From: Candidatus Thorarchaeota archaeon
Lineage (GTDB): Archaea; Asgardarchaeota; Thorarchaeia; Thorarchaeales; Thorarchaeaceae
Length of the DNA: 18,497 nucleotides
Assembly: GCA_029858305.1 (NCBI GenBank)
Contig: JAOUFI010000043.1
Location: 1-18,497, forward strand
Reading direction: 5' to 3'
Shown: piece after piece, positions 7,407 through 16,782 of the stretch
How the letters are laid out: every line of letters starts with the position of its first letter
Numbering within the stretch: position 1 is the first letter of the stretch
Translations under genes and position numbers: made by a program
The notes under the pieces: generated by a model
What the model was told of the DNA's origin: nothing
Seen by the model: the letters and a program-made list of their open reading frames with translations, nothing else
Databases searched by the model: none

Positions 7407-8171
7407 CTAGAATACTATGAGTCCCATTTGCATTGCAATTAGTAGCATCACTACACACGAGATTATGGGTAGAGTAACATTATCTGTTCCCTTGGGGCTT
7501 ACTAACTCAACGATGGTTGCAGTAAATGCTCCAATTAACGCCAACAGTATCATATTCACATAACCCGTGCCTGGAGTGAATACTGTTAAACTGAATATAC
7601 CAAACCACCAGAATGCCAACATAGCTCCAAAGAATCCGAAGAAGAAAAGCGCAAGGCTACCTTCTATGCTCCTTTTCGAACCGAAAATCTGTTTGGTATG
7701 ATTTGTTCCGTACTTCATTCCTATCGGCGCGCTCATACCATCTCCAAGCATCATAATCATTATTGCAGCGCCAGCAACGAAGTAAAATTCATCATAGCCG
7801 GTGAACGTGAATATCGATGTTAGAATTGTGATAGAAACCGCATACCAGAACGGGCCTCTCACACTACCATGTTCAAGATCTTCCGGGCGAGCCATTGCGG
7901 CAAAGAAGCGTCCAAATCTCTCAGTATTAGCCAATCCAAGCATAATAACGAATGTCAGTGCAACAAAGGTGGCTACCCACGGATGAGGATAATAGGGAAC
8001 AGTCCAAATTGCTGCCCCTGCAAAGAGGTGCACAATCTTTCTTGTAAAGTCCGAGCCAAGATCCATCTTCCTCCGCCCAATATCTGCAAAGGTGAGAATG
8101 ATTACTGCATAGATTACAGCAATGAAGAAGACAATAATGTCCTCCAAGACAATAGTGAATTCAACCTGCAA
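7407..8171 (-). CDS. CTP-dependent polyprenol/dolichol/phytol/diacylglycerol kinase family membrane protein (SEC59/DGK1/VTE5)
   Basis: Motifs RKIVH, GDGMSAPIGMKYG, KRSIEGS and ELVSP.GTDN, with multiple TM helices. TTG start with GGTGA SD. Confidence 0.85.
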   Translation of the reverse strand: MQVEFTIVLEDIIVFFIAVIYAVIILTFADIGRRKMDLGSDFTRKIVHLFAGAAIWTVPYYPHPWVATFVALTFVIMLGLANTERFGRFFAAMARPEDLEHGSVRGPFWYAVSITILTSIFTFTGYDEFYFVAGAAIMIMMLGDGMSAPIGMKYGTNHTKQIFGSKRSIEGSLALFFFGFFGAMLAFWWFGIFSLTVFTPGTGYVNMILLALIGAFTATIVELVSPKGTDNVTLPIISCVVMLLIAMQMGLIVF

Positions 8172-8236
8172 GACAATCGTTCACCGAGTTCTTTTGTTCT
8201 CTAAACGAGTGAATATATCTATCGGCAAAATGGGAA

Positions 8237-9049
8237 TCATTCTTGTATGCCCTGCGCTTTAAGTCCTGTGACCGACTCTAATTTCTTAACCGCATTTTTG
8301 ACATGATTTTGCGCCTCATCGAGAGTTGAACCACTCATCGAAATCCACACTCTAAGCGTCTTTGAGGTCCCATAAGTCTTTGGCATGGATTTAATATATA
8401 CTCCAGGACAGGCATTCATTACAGTGTCTATGGCTGGTGCAAATACAGATTCATCATGCATCTGAAACTCAACTACCTGTTCATAGAATCTGTTCTTAAT
8501 CCTTTCTTTGACCCATGGCATTATTGAGTTTTCAAAAATAAATTTCAACTCACTGGGAACTCCGGGCAAACAAAAAATTGTTGATACTCCTTCTTGAATC
8601 ATGATACCAGGTGCTCCTCCTACTTGATTATCTAGTGGAATAGAACCCTCTGGAATTTGTGCCATTTTTATTCTTGCATCAGTCATCTCTGGCGAATCAA
8701 CAATACCTCTTTCAAAAAGAGTCTGGTATTGACGCTTGACAATTGCTAGCGCATCCGGATCTTCTGATATTTTTCTATTAATCGCCTGAGCTATTGCTTT
8801 GAGAGTCATATCATCATGAGTTGGTCCAAGCCCTCCTGATGTTATCACAATATCACATGAGTCTTTCACAAAGTTCAGGGCTTGTTCAATCTCATCTAAC
8901 TCGTCTCTTACAGATACTAGCCTCTTGATCTGCATTCCTAGTCTGACCAGCCTAATTTCCATCCAATTAGAGTTGGTGTCGAGGACTAATCCATCAAGAA
9001 CTTCATTTCCAATAACTAGGATTCCAACTGTCCTAATCTCTTTTTTCAA
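8237..9049 (-). CDS. CinA-like molybdopterin-binding domain protein (COG1058; probable ADP-ribose/FAD pyrophosphatase), lacking the PncC domain
   Basis: Motifs IGNEVLDG...DTN, SGGLGPTHDDMT, GGAPG and LPGVPSE. TTG start with AGGAG SD. Confidence 0.88.
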   Translation of the reverse strand: MKKEIRTVGILVIGNEVLDGLVLDTNSNWMEIRLVRLGMQIKRLVSVRDELDEIEQALNFVKDSCDIVITSGGLGPTHDDMTLKAIAQAINRKISEDPDALAIVKRQYQTLFERGIVDSPEMTDARIKMAQIPEGSIPLDNQVGGAPGIMIQEGVSTIFCLPGVPSELKFIFENSIMPWVKERIKNRFYEQVVEFQMHDESVFAPAIDTVMNACPGVYIKSMPKTYGTSKTLRVWISMSGSTLDEAQNHVKNAVKKLESVTGLKAQGIQE

Positions 9050-9056
9050 GGCAATC

Positions 9057-9719
9057 TTACTCCTGAAGATCCGATTTCAACTCTGACTCAAGAATTCGTG
9101 TTAAATCTTGTAAAGTCTGAAGTCTCTCAAATGCTAGCTCTTTCCCTCTTTCAGTTACAACGCTGGCTGCAATTCTTGATGCTAGTGGGAGAAACTCAAC
9201 AAGCTGGATATGGAAATCACTAAGATTTTTCCCCGGATGCATTCTGATTCCATTCAAGACATACTGGAGTAGTCCCACGAGACCAAGTTTGTGTATCTTA
9301 TCTGCTTCCCAAAGAATTTGAGCTTCAATTGGTTCGAGTGGCCTATCTAAAGTTAAACCCACATGTTTCCTTATTACATCACATACCTTTTCAACAATAT
9401 CAATTTCATACCCATTCTTGGTCAAATACTCTTTTGCTAACTCTGCGCTCGCCACTCCGTGATGTTGTATTTCAATACCTCCCAAACCCGGCTTGGCAAA
9501 ATCATGAAACCATGCAGCTAGTATAATTACCTCCATGTCTGCATCCAACTTTGAGGCAAGATGTTTTGCCAATCCTACAACTTGCTCGACATGATCTCCA
9601 CGATAATTGTAAAGCGGCTCTTGCTGGCTCTTCGATGCTTCGATCCACTCTTCGATTGCTGCCTTACTTGTAGTATTTGCCACCATTCTTTTGATTTGTT
9701 CCTCAATACCAGCTGTCAT
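9057..9719 (-). CDS. HD-domain metal-dependent phosphohydrolase
   Basis: H(VEQV)...AAWFHDFAK...HHG...H...EADK motif set. Confidence 0.88.
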   Translation of the reverse strand: MTAGIEEQIKRMVANTTSKAAIEEWIEASKSQQEPLYNYRGDHVEQVVGLAKHLASKLDADMEVIILAAWFHDFAKPGLGGIEIQHHGVASAELAKEYLTKNGYEIDIVEKVCDVIRKHVGLTLDRPLEPIEAQILWEADKIHKLGLVGLLQYVLNGIRMHPGKNLSDFHIQLVEFLPLASRIAASVVTERGKELAFERLQTLQDLTRILESELKSDLQE

Positions 9720-9762
9720 CGTTAATCTATCCTTTCATGATTTTGGGTTCTTATGAACTATA

Positions 9763-10527
9763 TCACCTGATACTAATCTTCGGGTACAAACGAATCGTAT
9801 TCTCCAGCACTTTTTCACGTAGTTCTTCAGAGTCCATGCGCAGTATTCTAGACACCTCATTAATTACAATAGGTAAATTTGTTGGATCATTCCTCTTTTC
9901 ACTATCCGGTCCCAAAACCGGGCTATCTGTTTCGATAAGAAGTCGGTCAATTTTGACTGCTTTCACAAGTTTCTGTTTTTGAGGTGACCTGACAACCGAT
10001 GTCGGAATTGAAAAATAGAAATCCAATTCTCTGGAAGCTTCTCTCGCGTAACTTGCCTTTCCATCAAAAGCATGCATTTGAACAAAAGAGGCTTGTGTCT
10101 TGGATAAAACATCAAGAGCCTGTTTTCCTGCTGAACGTGAGTGTATTTGAATGGGGAGCTGCAGTTCTTTGGATAGTTGAACGATTCTCTGAAGACTCTC
10201 TATTTGAGCTGTACGATTGCTATGATCTCTCTCGCGATAATAATCAAGACCTACTTCTCCAATTGCTATAATCTCCTCTTGATGAGCTTCGATGAAGCTG
10301 ATGAGCCTTTCAGTCTGTTGCCAAAGCATTGGATCAAGTCCGATACTGGCAAATACATTCTCATAGTGTGTTGCAGTCTTTAGACATATTTCCCATTCTT
10401 CTGGAGCGATGGCGGATGTTATGCACACAATTCCCATTCGTTCAGCTCTTTGAAGGACGATATTGAGGTCTTGCCTGAATTCTTTTTGTTCGAGGTGACA
10501 ATGGGTGTCTATCATTCTAATTTGCAT
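9763..10527 (-). CDS. tatD: TatD family deoxyribonuclease / amidohydrolase-fold nuclease
   Basis: Motifs IDTHCH, AIGEVGLD, IHSR, MHAF and LIETDSP. ATG at 10527 follows a GTGAGAGTG SD-like element (the ORF track extends to TTG 10572). Confidence 0.9.
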   Translation of the reverse strand: MQIRMIDTHCHLEQKEFRQDLNIVLQRAERMGIVCITSAIAPEEWEICLKTATHYENVFASIGLDPMLWQQTERLISFIEAHQEEIIAIGEVGLDYYRERDHSNRTAQIESLQRIVQLSKELQLPIQIHSRSAGKQALDVLSKTQASFVQMHAFDGKASYAREASRELDFYFSIPTSVVRSPQKQKLVKAVKIDRLLIETDSPVLGPDSEKRNDPTNLPIVINEVSRILRMDSEELREKVLENTIRLYPKISIR

Positions 10528-10681
10528 ATCGTCACTCTCACGTCTAGCTTTTACTCGTGGCTCTCTTCTCAAATGTCTTCGTACATTAGATTACTCATTA
10601 AAAACTACAATCTGTTTATTAGTTCAATCAGTAAAGATGCTGTAATATCACTTGAATATCATCCAAGGTCAGGATTGCTTA

Positions 10682-11296
10682 ATGATTGCCATTATCGATT
10701 TTGGGATGGGAAATCTCGGTTCAATCCAGAATATGCTTATTCGGATGGGCTATGAGGCTAAAATCACCTCGGATTTGGATACAATCTCAAACTCTTCCAA
10801 ATTGATACTTCCGGGTGTCGGTGCATTTGACAAAGCGATGTCAAATCTGAAGAATAAAGGATTGATTCCAACACTTAATCATCTTGTGTTTGAGAAGAAA
10901 GTACCAATACTCGGTATATGTCTAGGAATGCAATTACTATCAAATCGAAGTGAAGAAGGTGTATTGGACGGCTTAGGTTGGATTGATTCTGAAACGTTGC
11001 TTTTTAAATTTGATGTTAATGAGAACTTAAGAATCCCGCATATGGGCTGGAACACAATCAGAATCCAAAAGGATTCCTGTTTATTCCACGATATGTTCGA
11101 TGAACCTCGGTTTTATTTTGTACACTCCTTTTATGTCAAATGTAATCATAATGATGATATACTTGCAATGACTGACTACGGATTTGCTTTTGTATCGAGT
11201 ATGAATCGGGATAACATATATGGAGTTCAATTTCATCCCGAAAAGAGTCACAAGTTTGGGATGAAGATCTTAAAAAACTTCGCGGAGCTTTGTTGA
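10682..11296 (+). CDS. hisH: HisH-like glutamine amidotransferase subunit (WbuY/AglY-type) of acetamidino-sugar synthesis
   Basis: Motifs IAIIDFGMGNLGS, ILPGVGAF, GICLGMQ (catalytic Cys), PHMGWN and QFHPEKS. Context beside the N-acetyl sugar amidotransferase indicates the sugar-modification paralog. Confidence 0.9.
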   Translation: MIAIIDFGMGNLGSIQNMLIRMGYEAKITSDLDTISNSSKLILPGVGAFDKAMSNLKNKGLIPTLNHLVFEKKVPILGICLGMQLLSNRSEEGVLDGLGWIDSETLLFKFDVNENLRIPHMGWNTIRIQKDSCLFHDMFDEPRFYFVHSFYVKCNHNDDILAMTDYGFAFVSSMNRDNIYGVQFHPEKSHKFGMKILKNFAELC

Positions 11297-12054
11297 TGCT
11301 TAGGACTAGAGTAATTCCCTGTCTGCTGCTACGCGAGAGAGGCCTTGTAAAAACAGTTCGTTTTAAGAATCCTATCTACGTGGGTGATCCAATTAACGCA
11401 GTACGCATTTTTAATGACAAAGAAGTTGATGAAATAGTATTCTTAGACATTACTGCCACGATTGAAAAAAAACCTCCTCAGTTCGATTTGATTCAAGATA
11501 TCACTACTGAATGCTTTATGCCCTTTGGATATGGTGGCGGCATTCATGATATAGAAACAGCACAGAAACTTCTGAAAATTGGTACTGAAAAGGTGATTTT
11601 TAACTCATCAGCGACAGATCTCGAATTGATAAGGAAAGCTGCTGATGAATTTGGTAGTCAGAGTGTGGTTGTTTCAATTGATGTGAAGCGTTCAAAATTT
11701 TCGACATACCAAGTCTATACTCACTCTGGGACAATGAATACAAAAAAAGATCCTGTTGAATTTGCAAAGGCAGTGGAAGCCGCAGGAGCTGGTGAAATCT
11801 TTTTGAATTCGATTGACCGTGATGGCACAATGGAAGGTTATGATCTCAAACTTATTCAAGCAGTTACATTATCGGTGAATATTCCTGTAGTTGCTTGTGG
11901 AGGGGCAGGGAACTTGGTACACTTCCAAGAAGCAATATTAAAAGGCGGAGCCTCTGCTGTTTCAGCAGGTAGTCTATTTGTTTTCCATGGAACGCATAAA
12001 GCGGTTCTGATTAATTATCCTACCCAAAAAGAATTGAAACAGTATCTACCCTAG
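11296..12054 (+). CDS. hisF2: HisF-like protein (AglZ/HisF2/WbuZ acetamidino modification family)
   Basis: HisF fold motifs (YVGDP, DEIVFLDI, GGGI, SIDRDGT..GYD, ACGGAG). The canonical IPCLD catalytic Asp is replaced (IPCLLL), and it ends AVLINYP. TGATG overlap with hisH. Confidence 0.88.
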   Translation: MLRTRVIPCLLLRERGLVKTVRFKNPIYVGDPINAVRIFNDKEVDEIVFLDITATIEKKPPQFDLIQDITTECFMPFGYGGGIHDIETAQKLLKIGTEKVIFNSSATDLELIRKAADEFGSQSVVVSIDVKRSKFSTYQVYTHSGTMNTKKDPVEFAKAVEAAGAGEIFLNSIDRDGTMEGYDLKLIQAVTLSVNIPVVACGGAGNLVHFQEAILKGGASAVSAGSLFVFHGTHKAVLINYPTQKELKQYLP

Positions 12055-12070
12055 ACAATGAGGTGTTAAA

Positions 12071-13162
12071 ATGGCTCGTGATTTTCAAAGATGTACAAGA
12101 TGCGTAATGGATACTACTGATCCAAACATCGAATTCGATGAAAACGGAGTTTGCAACCATTGCACTTCATATCTCTCTCGAATCGATCAATTTATTCTAC
12201 CTGAAAAAGTCCGACAAAAAAAGCTTGAAGAAACAATATTCAAAATGAAGGCGCATGGTCAAGGGAAGCCATATGATTGTGTTGCAGGGGTTTCTGGTGG
12301 TGTGGATAGTACCTATATGGTCTATAAGGCGACAGAATTAGGATTGCGTCCTCTTGCTGTCCATCTGGATAATGGCTGGGATTCAAAAATTGCAGTATCA
12401 AATATCGAACGTGTTTTGAAGAAACTTGGCGTTGATCTCTACACTCACGTAATCAACTGGGAAGAGTTCAAGGATTTGCAGCACGCTTATTTTAAGGCAT
12501 CTGTAGTCGACATTGAAGTTGCTTCTGATCATGCCATCATGGCATTAGTACGCAATTACACAGCTGATAGAGGTTTGAAATATATTCTAGGTGGCACAAA
12601 TTACGCTACAGAGGGTATTATGCCTCGTAGTTGGGTTTGGACGAAAAACGATCTTACAAATCTCAAAGATATCCATAGGAAGTTCGGATCCAGAAAATTA
12701 AAAACGTATCCCACACTTGGATTTCTAAAATTGGTTTATTTGCGAAAAATCAAGGGACTAACGACATTTCCCTTCCTCAATTATATTGATTACAATCGTG
12801 AAAAAGCTAAACAATTTCTAATCGAGAATTTGGGTTGGGAAGATTATGGCGGAAAACACCACGAATCCATCTTCACAAAATTCTATCAAGCTTACATTCT
12901 ACCAAGGAAATTTAATATTGATAAAAGAAAAGCGCACCTCTCGACGATGATATGCTCCGGACAAACTACACGTGAAAAAGCACTGAAGGTACTAGAAGAA
13001 CCGCTTTATGACTTGAAGGAGCTCCAACGAGATAGGGAATATCTTCTAAAGAAGTTTGGATGGTCTGAGCAGTACTTTGAGGATTTGATGAATCTTCCAG
13101 TAATGCAACATACTGATTATAAGACTGATTTATGGTTACGTCGACTTCTCGGTTCTGGCTAA
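12071..13162 (+). CDS. N-acetyl sugar amidotransferase (WbuX/WbpG/AglX-like PP-loop ATPase)
   Basis: CTRCVMD...CNHC, YDC..GVSGGVDS PP-loop, HLDNGW and YGGKHHES. GAGGTG SD. Confidence 0.9.
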   Translation: MARDFQRCTRCVMDTTDPNIEFDENGVCNHCTSYLSRIDQFILPEKVRQKKLEETIFKMKAHGQGKPYDCVAGVSGGVDSTYMVYKATELGLRPLAVHLDNGWDSKIAVSNIERVLKKLGVDLYTHVINWEEFKDLQHAYFKASVVDIEVASDHAIMALVRNYTADRGLKYILGGTNYATEGIMPRSWVWTKNDLTNLKDIHRKFGSRKLKTYPTLGFLKLVYLRKIKGLTTFPFLNYIDYNREKAKQFLIENLGWEDYGGKHHESIFTKFYQAYILPRKFNIDKRKAHLSTMICSGQTTREKALKVLEEPLYDLKELQRDREYLLKKFGWSEQYFEDLMNLPVMQHTDYKTDLWLRRLLGSG

Positions 13163-13196
13163 GAATTGACTATATCCTAGAGATTGCGGGTATCCT

Positions 13197-13715
13197 TCAA
13201 CTATCTTCGTCATCAATAATATCCGAAAATTGATGGGTCTTGGCAAACTTCTCTCTTAGCTCAATACCCTTGTCTATGTCTTCGTTCCTTTCAGGACGCA
13301 AAGCTTGCATTTCAGAATAATACTCTCTTGTTTCTCTAATGGTAGTTCGATCTAAATCAAAGTGCGTCGCGAGTTCTTCAGATACATCAAGGAGCGCTGA
13401 ATATATTGGAAACCAAAACACGTGGTCTTTTGGTGAAGGAACATATTGGTATGGATTCCTCTCCAGATTGACTTCTTGTGATGGTGCCCACATAAACAAA
13501 ACTCTGTCATATAGGTAACCAAAGAATAGAAAGATTATGAGGATGATACCCGAGAATACAAATGGGCCTAGTGTTTCCATATCTGCAAGACCCGGGACAT
13601 ATTTTACATATGTAATTGCTAGAAGTAATATTCCATAAAAAAGAGTCCAGATTCCTCTTATCTGAACAATTCGCCATTGCTGTTTCATTACCCATTTTTT
13701 AATTCCCATATTCAT
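13197..13715 (-). CDS. Uncharacterised 2-TM membrane protein (single copy of the G[YW]xYD..W..ERNPY domain)
   Basis: Homologous to both halves of the upstream 339 aa ORF. TAATG overlap with it and GGAGG SD. Confidence 0.8.
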   Translation of the reverse strand: MNMGIKKWVMKQQWRIVQIRGIWTLFYGILLLAITYVKYVPGLADMETLGPFVFSGIILIIFLFFGYLYDRVLFMWAPSQEVNLERNPYQYVPSPKDHVFWFPIYSALLDVSEELATHFDLDRTTIRETREYYSEMQALRPERNEDIDKGIELREKFAKTHQFSDIIDDEDS

Positions 13716-14734
13716 TATTCCTCCATAAAGATCGTTCCATGTGAATCTCGCAAATCTCGTGCTGCTCCCAAATCCTGATCTTTCGATGAAGTGAGTTTTA
13801 CATAATTGTCAAGGAAATGAATTATATTTCTTACACTCTCTGAATCGATTCCTAATTTTGTCTGAATATTATACACATTAGAAAAAAGAGCATAAAAGAA
13901 TGGAATTGTAAACGAAAGCTGAGCAGGTTCTGCGACATAGCTGTAGGGATTTCTTTCTACCCTCACCGCTGAATCGACTGACCATATTCGTAATTTCTTA
14001 TCATAAACCCATCCTAATGTAATAAATGCAACAAGTAAAGGTAGGGAAATTCCAAAGGTTGCATACCATAATGCTGACTCTTCTGTTGCAAATGGGTATA
14101 TAATAAAAACATAGAAAACTCCGAAAACCAAAACATCTTGAAATAATCCAGTAAGACCCTGAATCCATGTAAGTCTTAGAACTTGGACTTCCCATGCAAT
14201 TTTTAACCTCGTGAAAATAGAAACGGATTTAGCTTTAGATGGGTGTGTTGGAGTAAATGGGTGCAGTTTGTTGAATTCTTCACTAATCTTAATTGTGCTT
14301 TTTATTCCCTCTCTTGACGGATCTAATTCTTTGTATTTATTGAGATAAATCGCAAGATCTTCAAGTTGTTGATTGTTTATCCCTTCTTTACTACATACTT
14401 TACTTAATGTTTCAACAATCGTCCTTAGAACTGGATACTCAAAAGCAATTGTACTAATCATCGGCACATAGTAGTAGGCACTCCTTTCAATAATTGCCTG
14501 ATTCTTCTGACTCCACATTCGTATTCTTGTATCGTATATCCATCCCAGAAAGAGAAAAGCTGCAAATAGCATCACACCAAGGGTAAGAGCTCCCCAAAGT
14601 CCCCAGTCACCAAGAATAGGTACAAAGTCGACATATAATCCTCCAATAACTAGCATTCCCATTGCTAAACTTGTCAGAATTCTAATTTCACTTACCCGCC
14701 AATATTGTTTCATAAGCCATTTTTTCATTGACAA
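13715..14734 (-). CDS. Uncharacterised membrane protein with a tandem duplication of the same 2-TM domain
   Basis: GWIYDTRIRMW..IERSAYYYVP in the first half and GWVYDKKLRIW..VERNPYSYVA in the second half. AAGGAG SD before TTG 14734 / ATG 14728. Confidence 0.8.
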   Translation of the reverse strand: MSMKKWLMKQYWRVSEIRILTSLAMGMLVIGGLYVDFVPILGDWGLWGALTLGVMLFAAFLFLGWIYDTRIRMWSQKNQAIIERSAYYYVPMISTIAFEYPVLRTIVETLSKVCSKEGINNQQLEDLAIYLNKYKELDPSREGIKSTIKISEEFNKLHPFTPTHPSKAKSVSIFTRLKIAWEVQVLRLTWIQGLTGLFQDVLVFGVFYVFIIYPFATEESALWYATFGISLPLLVAFITLGWVYDKKLRIWSVDSAVRVERNPYSYVAEPAQLSFTIPFFYALFSNVYNIQTKLGIDSESVRNIIHFLDNYVKLTSSKDQDLGAARDLRDSHGTIFMEE

Positions 14735-14819
14735 GCTACTGATACTCCTTCATCGAGTCACTTGGTATTCGTAATAACTATTCCGACAGAGTGGTGATTG
14801 TATCAAATACAATCTCTGA

Positions 14820-15449
14820 TTATTGTGGTTTTTCAAGTAAGAACATCATATCAACATTCTCGTTCTCTAGATACTTGAGCTTCTTTTCTTTTATTAAAAT
14901 TAGATCAGAATATTGATCCATGAATATCCTCAGGAAATTATTCTTCCATAGCCGATTCTCATGGCCTCTGTAGACAATTTCCTTGCATGTTTCGGAATAA
15001 TACTCAAAACACCAAAGGTACCTACTTGAAACTCGATACATCTCATCGATGATTTGTGGAAGATCATCAGGTGCAATATGTATCAAAACCCCACTAGTGA
15101 ATACTAAGTCAAAAAAACCGTCCTTGAAGGGAATATCGAAAGCAGATCCTTCCACAATACTAAATTTCTTGTTTTCTCGTGCTATTTCTAACGCTTTCTT
15201 ATTGATTTCGAGACCCCATAAATTACTATATCCTTGGTTCTCAAGAATTAGCAATTGATTTGCCCTATTGCATCCAACTTCGAGAATTCTAGCATTTTTA
15301 TTAATCGAAGAAAGAAATTCTTTATTTAATTCTGAACGTGATACTCCCCATTGTTTTTTGTAGAATGTATCCCAATCACCTGAATTTCTAATAGTATACT
15401 CATTTCCGAATTCGCCTGTCCAGAATTCTTCTTGTTCGGTTTTTTTCAT
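14820..15449 (-). CDS. Pseudaminic acid biosynthesis-associated class I SAM methyltransferase
   Basis: Family-typical TEQEEFWTGEFGNEYTIRN, ILEVGCN, FDLVFTSGVLIHI and YRGH...LWK. Confidence 0.88.
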   Translation of the reverse strand: MKKTEQEEFWTGEFGNEYTIRNSGDWDTFYKKQWGVSRSELNKEFLSSINKNARILEVGCNRANQLLILENQGYSNLWGLEINKKALEIARENKKFSIVEGSAFDIPFKDGFFDLVFTSGVLIHIAPDDLPQIIDEMYRVSSRYLWCFEYYSETCKEIVYRGHENRLWKNNFLRIFMDQYSDLILIKEKKLKYLENENVDMMFLLEKPQ

Positions 15450-15623
15450 TTATTAGTTATCCCCAGTTGTTGTATAAAAAACACTTAAGCCGATGGGCTG
15501 CCATTATGAGCTGCCAAGAGTACAAATTATAAAACTTTCCAAAAACATTGATTACCATAAGAAAGTCGGATATGCTTATTAGTATCTCTAAAATTTCTTT
15601 TTGTAAAAGAAGGATGTTATAGA

Positions 15624-16715
15624 ATGCAACACTGCAAGCGCTGTTTAATGCCAGATACAAGACCTGGTTCAATTTTCAAAGACGGAATATGTCAAGCCTG
15701 TTATAACTATGAATCGCGTAGCGCTGTCAATTGGGATAAACGTCTGAAAGAACTACGAGAGCTTTGTGATAAATATAGAAAAAGTGACGGATCCTATGAT
15801 TGTGTTATTCCCGTTAGCGGAGGGAAAGACTCTCATTTCTTAGCTCATATTATGGTTGAGGAAATGCATATGCACCCACTTCTGGTTACTGTGACTGACA
15901 GTTTCACTCATAGTCAAGCCGGATCTCATAATCTTAGGAACATGATTGAAACTTTCAAATTAAATCATTATCTTTACACAATTAATCATGATTTATTTAA
16001 ACGCGCAACTAGAATCGCTTTTGAAACCACTGGAGAAGCATTAAAGTTCGTAGAATATGCCATATACACAATCCCGACCCTTGTTGCTCAAAAATTCGAT
16101 ATCTCATTAGTTGTGTTTGGAGAGAATTCTTCTTTCGAATACGGCACGACTTCAAAGAATTTCTTCGACGCAAGCCCAATTGTGAAAACCATGTCTGATA
16201 CCTTGGAGAAAGACAGACAATGGTGGATAGAACATGGTCTTTCTAGTGCAGAAGTTGGTTCTATTCAGCTTGACAAAAATAAACCACTACCTCTTGTAAT
16301 TTATATGAGCTACTTTATTCCATGGAGTAGTGTTCGCAATCTTGAAGTTGCAAAAAGATATGGTTTTAGAACTCTAGCACATGAATGGGAGCGTGAAGGG
16401 TGTGTTGAAAATTTTGAACAGATGGATTCTTTTGCATACTTAGTTCATCTTTGGTTGAAATATCCAAAATTCGGTTTTCAGAGAACATCGGATATTGTTA
16501 GTCGAAGACTTAGAGAGGGACGACTTACAATAGAAGAAGCAAAACAACTTATCAAAGAAAAGGATCACAAACTCGATCAGAAAGCCATGATTGATTTTAT
16601 TAGTTTCTTGGGATACACGCAGAAAGAGTTTTGGGAAATCACTGATAAGCTGTGGAATAGGGAAATCTTTGAACAAAAAGAAGGTGAGTGGATTTTAAAG
16701 AATCCTCCATATTAA
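15624..16715 (+). CDS. N-acetyl sugar amidotransferase (PseA/LegX-type), second paralog
   Basis: CKRCLMPDTRP...CQAC, YDCVIPVSGGKDS, FGENS..EYG and KYPKFGF.R. Confidence 0.9.
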   Translation: MQHCKRCLMPDTRPGSIFKDGICQACYNYESRSAVNWDKRLKELRELCDKYRKSDGSYDCVIPVSGGKDSHFLAHIMVEEMHMHPLLVTVTDSFTHSQAGSHNLRNMIETFKLNHYLYTINHDLFKRATRIAFETTGEALKFVEYAIYTIPTLVAQKFDISLVVFGENSSFEYGTTSKNFFDASPIVKTMSDTLEKDRQWWIEHGLSSAEVGSIQLDKNKPLPLVIYMSYFIPWSSVRNLEVAKRYGFRTLAHEWEREGCVENFEQMDSFAYLVHLWLKYPKFGFQRTSDIVSRRLREGRLTIEEAKQLIKEKDHKLDQKAMIDFISFLGYTQKEFWEITDKLWNREIFEQKEGEWILKNPPY

Positions 16716-16782
16716 TTATCAATGCTCGATCTATGAGAAAAATCCTTCAGGAAAAAGGTAATTTTCAAGCGTGGAGAGAATT

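Noticed and set aside
10682-12054. Histidine biosynthesis operon
   Set aside because: No other his genes are present, the HisF lacks the catalytic Asp, and the genes are coupled to an N-acetyl sugar amidotransferase.
12071-16715. Both amidotransferases are exactly 363 aa, suggesting a recent duplication
   Set aside because: The sequences are highly divergent outside the Cys and PP-loop motifs and look like different subfamilies, so the equal length is coincidental.
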